Positions 19,165 through 27,316 of a stretch of DNA of 36,204 nucleotides are shown one piece after another. A program made the position numbers and the translations under genes. Below the pieces are notes generated by a model, which saw only the letters and a list, made by a program, of their open reading frames with translations, did no database searches and was not told where the DNA came from. The stretch spans positions 1-36,204 of the forward strand of contig JANOQI010000060.1 in NCBI GenBank assembly GCA_031414775.1, read 5' to 3'. The stretch's first letter is position 1, and each line of letters opens with the position of its first letter. Source of the stretch: Synechococcales cyanobacterium VAR_4_metabat_354 (lineage in GTDB: Bacteria; Cyanobacteriota; Cyanobacteriia; Cyanobacteriales; Chamaesiphonaceae).

Positions 19165-21225
19165 ATGACTAACAACAATCCCTTACTGATTGGCCAAGGT
19201 TTACCACCATTCACTGAAATTCAGGTTGACCACGTTGTCCCTGCGATCGAACAACTCTTAACGACCGTCGATGCCCAGCTTACCGAGCTAGAAAAAAACA
19301 TCGTACCGACTTGGGCTGGATTGATAGAACCGATCGATCGCCTCAGTGAAAAGTTGAACTGGGCATGGGGAATTGTTGGTCACTTAATGGGAGTCCAAAA
19401 TAGCCCAGAACTACGCACTGCCTATGAAGCTAGCCAGCCAGAGGTAATCAAATTCTTTATGCGCTTAGGTCAGAGTCAAGCCATCTACCAAGGATTGAAA
19501 CAGATCGCAACCAACGCCGACTGGGCAAAAATGAGTACGGCTCAACAGCGTATCATTACTGCCGCCATCCGCGAAACTGAACTATCTGGGGTGGGCTTAG
19601 AGGGTGAAAAAGCCGACAGGTTTAATGAGATCCAACTAGAACTAGCCGAACTCACCACCAAGTTTTCTAATAATGTCTTGGATGCCACCAAAGCCTTTAA
19701 TTTAGATCTCACCCAACCCGAAGATGTTGCAGGCTTGCCACCCAGCCTCTTAGCCCAATCGGCTCAGGCCAGCCGAGCAGCGGGTCAAGATCAAGCTACT
19801 GCCGAAACTGGACCCTGGCGAATTACCCTAGACTATCCTAGCTATGTGCCCTTTATGCAACATAGCCAACAACGCCATCTGCGTGAGCAAGTTTACAAAG
19901 CTTTGGTCAGTAGAGCCGCTGGAGGTGAATATGATAACGCCGCTCATATTGAACGCATTCTGACTCTGCGGCGGGAAATGGCACAGCTATTGGGTTTTGA
20001 AAGTTATGCTGAAATGAGCCTCGCCAGCAAAATGGCTCCCAATGTCGCAGCCGTCGAAGATTTGTTGGAATCTCTGCGTCAGGCCAGTTTTGATGCCGCC
20101 CATCGAGAATTGGATGACCTGCGCGAATTTTCGCACACCACCGACTTACAGCCTTGGGATGTGGCCTACTGGTCAGAGCGGTTGCGGGAACAAAAGTATG
20201 ATTTTAACGCCGAAGAGCTGCGCCCTTATTTTCCCTTGGAGCAGGTACTGTCTGGTTTGTTTAACCTGGCCAACCAATTGTTTGGGATATCGATCGTTCC
20301 AGCTGATGGTCAAACTGCTGTTTGGCACAAAGATGTGCGCTATTTTCAAGTGAATAATGAACAAAATGAAGCGATCGCCTATTTCTTTCTAGATCCCTAC
20401 AGCCGCCCTGCTGAAAAGCGTGGTGGTGCCTGGATGAATGATTGTGTAGGCCGCGAGAAATTGGCTGACAAAGTGCAGCTGCCGGTAGCTTACTTGGTTT
20501 GTAACCAGAGTCCTCCAGTAGATGATCAACCCAGCCTGATGACTTTTGCTGAAGTCGAAACGCTGTTCCATGAGTTTGGACACGGCTTACAGCACATGCT
20601 CACCACCGTAGATTTCGCCTCGGCTGCCGGCATTAATAATGTGGAGTGGGATGCGGTAGAACTACCCAGTCAGTTTATGGAAAACTGGTGTTACCATCGC
20701 CCGACGCTATTGAGTATGGGCAAACATTATCAAACCGGGGAGCCATTGCCCGATCACTACTACCAAAAGCTAGTAGCTGCCAAGAACTTCATGAGTGGCA
20801 GTGGGATGTTGCGTCAGATCCACTTTAGCTGGGTAGATATCGAGTTGCATCATCGTTATCAGCCCAGTCATGGCCAATCAGCTAATGACGTGCGGCTGGC
20901 ACTAGCCAAGAAGACTACGGTATTAACTCCGATTCCAGAAGACCAGTTTCTCTGTTCCTTTGGGCACATTTTTGCGGGAGGTTATGCCGCTGGCTATTAT
21001 AGCTATAAATGGGCAGAAGTATTGAGTGCCGATGCTTTTGGTGCCTTTGAAGATGCTGGCTTAGATAATGTGGAAGCTGTCCAGCAGACGGGGCGACGCT
21101 TCCGGGATACAGTGCTAGCCTTAGGTGGTAGTCAGCCACCGTTGGAAGTCTTTAAGTCTTTCCGAGGTCGGGAACCAGAAGCGGCAGCGTTGTTACGTCA
21201 TAGTGGTTTATTGATCACTGTTTAG
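19165..21225 (+). CDS. prlC: Oligopeptidase A (M3A metallopeptidase)
   Basis: KRGGAWM, TLFHEFGHGLQH (HExxH), WDAVELPSQFME, GYAAGYYSYKWAEVL. Confidence 0.96.
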   Translation: MTNNNPLLIGQGLPPFTEIQVDHVVPAIEQLLTTVDAQLTELEKNIVPTWAGLIEPIDRLSEKLNWAWGIVGHLMGVQNSPELRTAYEASQPEVIKFFMRLGQSQAIYQGLKQIATNADWAKMSTAQQRIITAAIRETELSGVGLEGEKADRFNEIQLELAELTTKFSNNVLDATKAFNLDLTQPEDVAGLPPSLLAQSAQASRAAGQDQATAETGPWRITLDYPSYVPFMQHSQQRHLREQVYKALVSRAAGGEYDNAAHIERILTLRREMAQLLGFESYAEMSLASKMAPNVAAVEDLLESLRQASFDAAHRELDDLREFSHTTDLQPWDVAYWSERLREQKYDFNAEELRPYFPLEQVLSGLFNLANQLFGISIVPADGQTAVWHKDVRYFQVNNEQNEAIAYFFLDPYSRPAEKRGGAWMNDCVGREKLADKVQLPVAYLVCNQSPPVDDQPSLMTFAEVETLFHEFGHGLQHMLTTVDFASAAGINNVEWDAVELPSQFMENWCYHRPTLLSMGKHYQTGEPLPDHYYQKLVAAKNFMSGSGMLRQIHFSWVDIELHHRYQPSHGQSANDVRLALAKKTTVLTPIPEDQFLCSFGHIFAGGYAAGYYSYKWAEVLSADAFGAFEDAGLDNVEAVQQTGRRFRDTVLALGGSQPPLEVFKSFRGREPEAAALLRHSGLLITV

Positions 21226-21237
21226 AACCAAGGGAAA

Positions 21238-21258
21238 ACGGTGGGCAATGCTCACCGT
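21238..21258. repeat. REP-like hairpin of the GGTGGGCA-N-TGCCCACC type
   Basis: ACGGTGGGCA-A-TGCTCACCGT, a near-perfect inverted repeat (one G-U pair) 12 bp after the prlC stop. Confidence 0.6.
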
Positions 21259-21305
21259 AAAGTCTTGAAAGCCTTATCAATATTACATTCACTTTTGAAT
21301 CAGTA

Positions 21306-22523
21306 ATGATTAAAGTAAAATCCATCTCATTTAAAAACTATAAAGCATTTTTTGAAGAGCAAACAATGCAGCTGAAGCCAATTACTATTTTAATTGGTAA
21401 AAATAGCTCTGGCAAAAGTTGCATTGCCAAATTGTTCACCTTGATTGAAAACTCGCTTTCTGGCAATATAGAAGAACCATTGTTATTAAATAATTGCGGA
21501 GTCGAATTAGGTAATGACTTTGATAACCTATTTTTTGATAATAATCCAGGTGGGCTTCCTTTAACCTTCAAAATTATATTTGAGGATAACGTGGAAATGG
21601 AGATAAGTTTACTTAAGAAAGTAGAAGCATATGGATTAGATATTCTTCAATGGAGATATAAAGATAATAATAGGGAATTCAACCTTGAGCTTAATGATGA
21701 AGAGTATTTAGACACAATTACTGGGAAAACTTACAAGTGTAAATTCAATGGATTTACCCCTATTCAACTCATTGAAAATAACACTTCTGAGAACCTTTCT
21801 AACACTTTAAAAATAGGTCAAATTGATGTTGACTATATTGGACCATTTAGAATTTTACCTGAGAGATACTTCTATTTAACTGGGCAAACATATTTTCGGG
21901 ATACAGGTATCACAGGTGAAAATGCTTACACAATGCTCGGAATCAGTAAGCTAAAAAAAGATAGCAATTTACACAAAGATGTAGGAAAATGGTATAGAGA
22001 GCATTTTGATGGATGGGAGCTGAAAGTAGATGACAGAAGTGTAAAGCCTCTTTTTCAAATTTTACTTTCTAAAAATGAAACTGAGATAAATATTGTAGAT
22101 GTTGGGCAGGGAATGAATCAGGCTTTGCCTTTAGTCGTTCGAGCCAGTGTTACAGATAGACCTGATTCCATGGTAATTTTAGAACAACCAGAGCTACATT
22201 TGCATCCTGCTGCGCACGGTGATTTGGCAGAATTATTCGCTAAATCCACGAAAATCAATAACCAGGTTTTCATCATTGAGACTCACTCTGAAAACATACT
22301 CTTACGCTTCCGCAAGCTTATTATTGAGAATGATTTTGGATTTACACAAGATGATGTAATAGTTTATTGGTTAGAAGATGCTGAATCTAAAGGTCAACGA
22401 CTAATGGAAATTACAATTGATGAAAATGGGGTTTTGAGTGATTGGCAAGATGGAGTTTTTGATGAGGGATTGAAAGAAGTATTGGAGATACAGAAAGCTC
22501 TTATCAGAAAAGAAAAAAGATAA
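21306..22523 (+). CDS. ABC-type ATPase (AAA_21/AAA_15) with DUF3696-like C-terminus
   Basis: GKNSSGKS Walker A, YIGPFR, DVGQGMNQALP signature, ILEQPELHLHP Walker B, IETHSE H-loop, C-terminal IDENGVLSDWQDGVFDE. Confidence 0.9.
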   Translation: MIKVKSISFKNYKAFFEEQTMQLKPITILIGKNSSGKSCIAKLFTLIENSLSGNIEEPLLLNNCGVELGNDFDNLFFDNNPGGLPLTFKIIFEDNVEMEISLLKKVEAYGLDILQWRYKDNNREFNLELNDEEYLDTITGKTYKCKFNGFTPIQLIENNTSENLSNTLKIGQIDVDYIGPFRILPERYFYLTGQTYFRDTGITGENAYTMLGISKLKKDSNLHKDVGKWYREHFDGWELKVDDRSVKPLFQILLSKNETEINIVDVGQGMNQALPLVVRASVTDRPDSMVILEQPELHLHPAAHGDLAELFAKSTKINNQVFIIETHSENILLRFRKLIIENDFGFTQDDVIVYWLEDAESKGQRLMEITIDENGVLSDWQDGVFDEGLKEVLEIQKALIRKEKR

Positions 22524-23570
22524 ATGATTATATCTTTTAACCAATGTGTTTTTCAGAGTCAAGATATGGAAACACAAAAGACATTAGCTAAAATAATTAT
22601 GGCTTTGATGGAAAATCATCATCACCTTATAGATTTTAAAAGTATAAGGTCTGTCTTCTACAATGAAAATAATCAGTATGTTTTTGATTTAAATGAAATT
22701 TCTAATTTACATATGTCTGTTCTACAGAGAAGGATTTTAAAAGAATTTTTAAGTAAGGAAAGCCATAGAAATATTACTAGTTTACATAATCAACATCTGG
22801 TACGTATCATTGTTGGAATGGACGAAAAGAATAATGAAATTCATCCTTATAATGCACATAAAATTATTAAAGAGCGATCAAAAATTCTTGTAGAAAATGG
22901 AATTAATGATTGGAAATTTATCAAGGGCATTTGTCAGAAATACAGCAGTGCTAAAATAAAAAGGCGTTCGATATATAAAATGATAGACGAAGCTATAAAA
23001 AATGAATTCTTGGAGGCTGAACATTGCGGTGGTATTGGAGACATTAAAAAAATAACCCAAAAGTGGATAAATAGTTCCCGCTACAAAAGTATTTTCAAAT
23101 ATAAGCTAATGGCTGTTTTTGATAGTGATAGAGAAAAATCTGATGAAGTAACTAAACATAAAGACAAAATCAAATATTTCAAGCAATTAGAGAAAGAGAT
23201 AGAAAATATTATAAATTATGAATATGAGTTCAATGATCTGATAGTATGGCATGTTCTTTATAAAAGAAAAATTGAAAATTACATACCTTTGAGTATTTTA
23301 CTTAACCACCTTTCATCAATAACTCAAGTTCAGAAAAGAGACTTAGAGTCTAAAACTAATGAAGAATTAGATTTTTTAGAATATGGTGAAAATAATATAG
23401 GAATAGGAAAAAGTAAAATAAAAGATCAATTTCCTAGTATATTTTTACATAATTTTTCTTATCGTGATTTCGAAAAAAGATGTGAGCACCACAAAACTTT
23501 TCTTGAACTGGAAAGCGAAAATATATCGGAAATAGAACAAATTTTACTTAAAATCGTAAAAATATTATGA
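22524..23570 (+). CDS. Hypothetical protein with a TOPRIM-like (OLD/AriB-type) nuclease domain
   Basis: ILVENGINDWKFI (catalytic E...D), HCGGIGDI, AVFDSD (DxD), KRKIENYIP. Starts immediately after the ATPase stop codon. Confidence 0.65.
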   Translation: MIISFNQCVFQSQDMETQKTLAKIIMALMENHHHLIDFKSIRSVFYNENNQYVFDLNEISNLHMSVLQRRILKEFLSKESHRNITSLHNQHLVRIIVGMDEKNNEIHPYNAHKIIKERSKILVENGINDWKFIKGICQKYSSAKIKRRSIYKMIDEAIKNEFLEAEHCGGIGDIKKITQKWINSSRYKSIFKYKLMAVFDSDREKSDEVTKHKDKIKYFKQLEKEIENIINYEYEFNDLIVWHVLYKRKIENYIPLSILLNHLSSITQVQKRDLESKTNEELDFLEYGENNIGIGKSKIKDQFPSIFLHNFSYRDFEKRCEHHKTFLELESENISEIEQILLKIVKIL

Positions 23571-25153
23571 ATGAGAAAATTAATGTTAAACCTGATACTA
23601 TATATCTTGAAGATTTGTTAGATGATGTAGCTGATGGCAAGTATAAAATACCTGTATTTCAGCGAGATTTTGTTTGGAAATCTTCTCAAATGCTTGAGCT
23701 ATTTGACAGCATTTTAAAAGGATATCCAATAGGCAGTTTATTGTTCTGGAATACCAAAGAAAAATACAATATCAGACAAGAAATAGGCTTATACAACATT
23801 GAAGAAAATGACAATGAAGACACAAGATATGTATTAGACGGGTTTCAGCGTATATCCACTTTATTTGGAGTATTAACACATCCTAACAAATATCAACAAA
23901 GTGATATCGAAAGCCATAAAGAATTTTTAATTTACTTCGATAGTAAAGAAAACAGTTTTACTTATATCAGAAATAAAAAAGAAAAAAGTATATTTTCAAT
24001 TCCTCTTTACGTAGTTTATGATAATCGTGAATTGTTTAATATTATTAGATCTTTGGATGCTGAAGAATTCTCAAGTCTTGAAAAAGAAAAATATATTGAT
24101 AATATAAGAAATTTACATGATGTTTTACATAAATATAAAATACCATATGTAGAAATAAAGGGAGGAAAAATAAAAAATGCTGTTGAAATTTTTTCAAGAG
24201 TCAATTCGACTGGCACAGAAATTTCCGAGGACTTTATGCTTTCAGCATTAAGCTACAATGTAGATACAAATTTTTTGCTTAGTGAATCAATTACTGAGTT
24301 TCTAAATAGTTTGAATATTTACAATTTTGAAAATTTAAAAAGAGACACTATTTTAAATTGTATTTCTAATGCAAATGGTACAATTTATTTTGATGTAAAA
24401 ATAGAAGACTTGTTGGATAAAGGAATAACACCAGATTTAGAGTCTGTTGTAAAAAATACGTACATACACATTAAAAAAGCCGTAAAATTTTTATATCACC
24501 ACTTATCAGTAATTGATTTTCGTTTACTACCTTATCCAGCTCAGTTAATTTTCATTTCTGAGTATTTTAGGCTGAATCCATCTCCTACACTCAATCAAAT
24601 TGATTCTTTGGAAAATTGGTTTTGGGTAACAACTTATTCCAATTATTTTACAATATATTCTTTAAGCCAGCATAGAGCTTCTTACATAGAATTCTGTAAT
24701 TTTGCGAGGGGAGAACATCCTGATGGAATTTACAAAGTGAATAGTGATATGCAATTCAGCACCGCGAAGTATCCAGATAAGTTGAATTTTAAAGGTGTCA
24801 GACCAAAGGCTCTACAACTATTTTATCTAAGATCAATAGTTGAGAATAGTGTTATTCAGGATAAGGAAGGGATAAAAGAAATATTCATTTCAACTTCTTC
24901 GAAAAAAGATAGAACCCCAGCTAATATTATTCTCAGGTTGTCATCCGAATTCGAAAAAGACCAGAGTCAAAAACAACCTGAAGTGTTTATTAAAAAGTCT
25001 GGCGCTGACGTCTTAAATCAACATTTTATAAAGCCAGAAATGGTTGAATTATATGAAAGCGATATAGAGAGCTTTATTTGTGAAAGAGAAATATATTTAA
25101 AATCAAAAGAAAAACAGTTTGTGGAGAAGTTCGGAATTAGATATACAGATTAA
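23567..25153 (+). CDS. DUF262 (ParB-like/GmrS) domain protein
   Basis: IPVFQRDFVW, LFDSILKGYPIGSLLFW, VLDGFQRISTL, IFSRVNSTG. ATGA overlap with the upstream gene. Confidence 0.92.
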   Translation: MNEKINVKPDTIYLEDLLDDVADGKYKIPVFQRDFVWKSSQMLELFDSILKGYPIGSLLFWNTKEKYNIRQEIGLYNIEENDNEDTRYVLDGFQRISTLFGVLTHPNKYQQSDIESHKEFLIYFDSKENSFTYIRNKKEKSIFSIPLYVVYDNRELFNIIRSLDAEEFSSLEKEKYIDNIRNLHDVLHKYKIPYVEIKGGKIKNAVEIFSRVNSTGTEISEDFMLSALSYNVDTNFLLSESITEFLNSLNIYNFENLKRDTILNCISNANGTIYFDVKIEDLLDKGITPDLESVVKNTYIHIKKAVKFLYHHLSVIDFRLLPYPAQLIFISEYFRLNPSPTLNQIDSLENWFWVTTYSNYFTIYSLSQHRASYIEFCNFARGEHPDGIYKVNSDMQFSTAKYPDKLNFKGVRPKALQLFYLRSIVENSVIQDKEGIKEIFISTSSKKDRTPANIILRLSSEFEKDQSQKQPEVFIKKSGADVLNQHFIKPEMVELYESDIESFICEREIYLKSKEKQFVEKFGIRYTD

Positions 25154-25200
25154 TAGATATGCACAAGGATCAAATTCTGTAAATGAGGTAACTCCACCAT
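25150..25200 (-). pseudogene. Possible 5' remnant of a LysR-family regulator gene
   Basis: The minus strand from 25200 reads MVELPHLQNLILVHIY*, similar to the LysR start MELRHLRYFIAV. It is divergent from the SnoaL gene and next to a T-N11-A dyad. Confidence 0.4.
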
Positions 25201-25210
25201 CAACTAGGTT

Positions 25211-25231
25211 TCAATAGATAAACATAATTGA
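25211..25231. promoter_or_regulatory. LysR-type T-N11-A operator
   Basis: TCAAT-AGATAAACATA-ATTGA dyad. TATAAT -10 box at 25266-25271 and GGAGG RBS at 25284-25288 precede the SnoaL-like gene. Confidence 0.55.
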
Positions 25232-25295
25232 CTTAGTCTATTATATCTAATGCTTGATTTGTGATTATAATCCAACATACTTTGGAGGCGAAATA

Positions 25296-25652
25296 ATGCT
25301 GACTAAAAACCAAGCGCAAACATTTGCAGAAGAATGGGTGCAAGCCTTTAATTCCCATGATCTCGATCGTATTCTCTCCCACTATCATGAAGATGTGGTG
25401 TTAGTTTCTCCGATCGCCGCCCAAATTTTAAACGATCCCAATGGCACAGTTCGAGGTAAAAAAACACTCCGCGCCTATTTCCAAAAGGGGCTAGCCGTCT
25501 ATCCTGATTTGAAGTTTGAATTGCTAGATGTAATGTGGGGGATCTCCAGTGTGGTTCTTTACTACATCAACCAAAAAGGTACCAGGTCTGGGGAATTGAT
25601 GGAAATCGATGCCGCTGGCCAAGTCACCAAAGTAATCGCTAACTACAATTAA
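25296..25652 (+). CDS. SnoaL-like / NTF2-family protein
   Basis: FAEEWVQAFNSHDLDRILSHY...GKKTLRAYF...YPDLKFEL. ATG 25296 follows GGAGG. Confidence 0.88.
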   Translation: MLTKNQAQTFAEEWVQAFNSHDLDRILSHYHEDVVLVSPIAAQILNDPNGTVRGKKTLRAYFQKGLAVYPDLKFELLDVMWGISSVVLYYINQKGTRSGELMEIDAAGQVTKVIANYN

Positions 25653-25661
25653 TCAAAACTA

Positions 25662-26564
25662 ATGACTATACCTACCCAGTCTCGGCAAGAATTTCTCGGT
25701 TTTGCCTATGGGTTTCTTGGCATCCTCATTTTCAGCATAACTTTACCTGCAACCAAAATGGCAATCGCAGGCGGCTTCGATCCGGTATTTGTCGGTCTGG
25801 GTCGCGCAGTAGTGGCCGCGATGCTGTCATTGCTTTTGTTAATTGTTACTCGTCAAACCATCCCACCCTGGCGATTTCTACCGAAATTTGCCATTGTAGT
25901 AATTGGTGTAGTTATTGGGTTTCCGTTATTGTCAGCGCTGGCCATGCGCGATGCCCCAGCGTCTTATGGAGCAGTCATTACCGGGTTATTACCTTTAGCA
26001 ACTGCGGTGTTTGGCGCTTGGCGCGCTGGCGAACGACCATCTTTACCCTTTTGGATTTGGGCGGTAGTTGGTAGCGGTTTGGTGGTAACTTTTGCGTTGA
26101 TTTCTGGTACTGGTGGACTGCGGTTTGCGGATTTAGCCTTGCTGGGAGCCGTCGCTGCTGCGGGGTTGGGCTATGCCGAAGGCGCAGTGTTAGCGAAGAC
26201 TTTTGGTGCTTGGCAAGTAATTTGCTGGTCGTTAGTACTGTCAGTGCCAATACTGCTGCCAATTACGCTGCAACATCTACCAAATTCTGGTGTTGTAATT
26301 ACTAGTAGCGCTCTGTGGGGATTTCTGTATATCAGCGTTTTCAGTATGTTTCTGGGGTTTTTCGCTTGGTATCAGGGGTTGTTGTTGGGTGGTATTGCGC
26401 GGGTAGGTCAACTACAACTTTTTCAGCCTTTTCTGACCATTTTGGCATCGGCACTGCTATTGGGCGAAAAGCTATCGATCGATACCCTCGGTTTTGCAGT
26501 GGGGGTGATTTGCTGTGTGGCTTTGGGCAAACGAACCCAAATCAAAAAATCATCCCCTTTGTAG
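25662..26564 (+). CDS. DMT/EamA family transporter
   Basis: About 10 TM helices; FSITLPATK, GLLPLATA, FFAWYQGL...GIARVGQLQLFQP, LLGE. Confidence 0.92.
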   Translation: MTIPTQSRQEFLGFAYGFLGILIFSITLPATKMAIAGGFDPVFVGLGRAVVAAMLSLLLLIVTRQTIPPWRFLPKFAIVVIGVVIGFPLLSALAMRDAPASYGAVITGLLPLATAVFGAWRAGERPSLPFWIWAVVGSGLVVTFALISGTGGLRFADLALLGAVAAAGLGYAEGAVLAKTFGAWQVICWSLVLSVPILLPITLQHLPNSGVVITSSALWGFLYISVFSMFLGFFAWYQGLLLGGIARVGQLQLFQPFLTILASALLLGEKLSIDTLGFAVGVICCVALGKRTQIKKSSPL

Positions 26565-26636
26565 GTCGATCGTAGCTGTCATTTAATACTGGGCAGTTGC
26601 TTTTAGTTGTGCGGTGAACATCATTATATTATCTTT

Positions 26637-26885
26637 TTATGGCTTTGAGATTGCCGTTTGGGGTTGTCCGAGAGAGAGATGTTCCCGATAATGACTATCT
26701 AGCCAGCAGATGGGTAATGCTTCTCCAGAGGGAAATCCCATTTCTACTTTGGGAAATAAGGCGGGATCTTGCAGTTCTTCTCCGGCATGACTCATGCCGA
26801 GTACTTCAGTATCAAAGGGATCGAAAAGATCGCCTAAGTTAAGAATTTCAACAAGCACTTGAGTTGGTCGATGTAGTAAAAACAT
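26637..26885 (-). CDS. Conserved small cyanobacterial protein (function unknown)
   Basis: LVEILNLGDLFDPF...HAGEELQDPALFPK...FPSGEALPICWLDSHYR, a recognisable conserved family. AGAGAGG upstream on the minus strand. Confidence 0.75.
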   Translation of the reverse strand: MFLLHRPTQVLVEILNLGDLFDPFDTEVLGMSHAGEELQDPALFPKVEMGFPSGEALPICWLDSHYREHLSLGQPQTAISKP

Positions 26886-27220
26886 AGAGACCTCTCTTTG
26901 TAGGGATATGATGATAGATTGCCCACCACTGATTTCCGTACGACTGTCACCAAACCTAGTTGGGGCTTTCTACCTCATACTGTAGATGAAAAACTTGAGG
27001 ATTTTGTGAGGACAAGTTTGTTTCATAGAGACTATTTGACATCTTTAATATTTCGTATGCCCTTGGATGAATAACTCCACAGCTTTATCATCAAATTTGC
27101 GAGAGCGAAGCCTACCTAAAAATGAACAATCTGTGGCGCACAATCTGAAATAGCCCGCCGTTTGTCGATTTTTGCTACAAATTTCCGAATTAAAGAAAAG
27201 GTCTTGTACACTTCAGAAAT

Positions 27221-27249
27221 ATCAAGTTTGACAAGCTGTCAAACTTGAT
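27221..27249. promoter_or_regulatory. Perfect 13-3-13 palindrome, candidate operator upstream of the multicopper oxidase
   Basis: ATCAAGTTTGACA-AGC-TGTCAAACTTGAT, with TTGACA on both strands. Confidence 0.5.
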
Positions 27250-27316
27250 GGAATTCAACACCTATTTGGAACATCGAGAAGCAAAATCTAAACCATCATT
27301 GATAGGAGCTTTGGCT

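Noticed and set aside
27245..27316. Track N-terminal extension of the multicopper oxidase
   Set aside because: The RBS and the position of the Tat motif favour ATG 27317.
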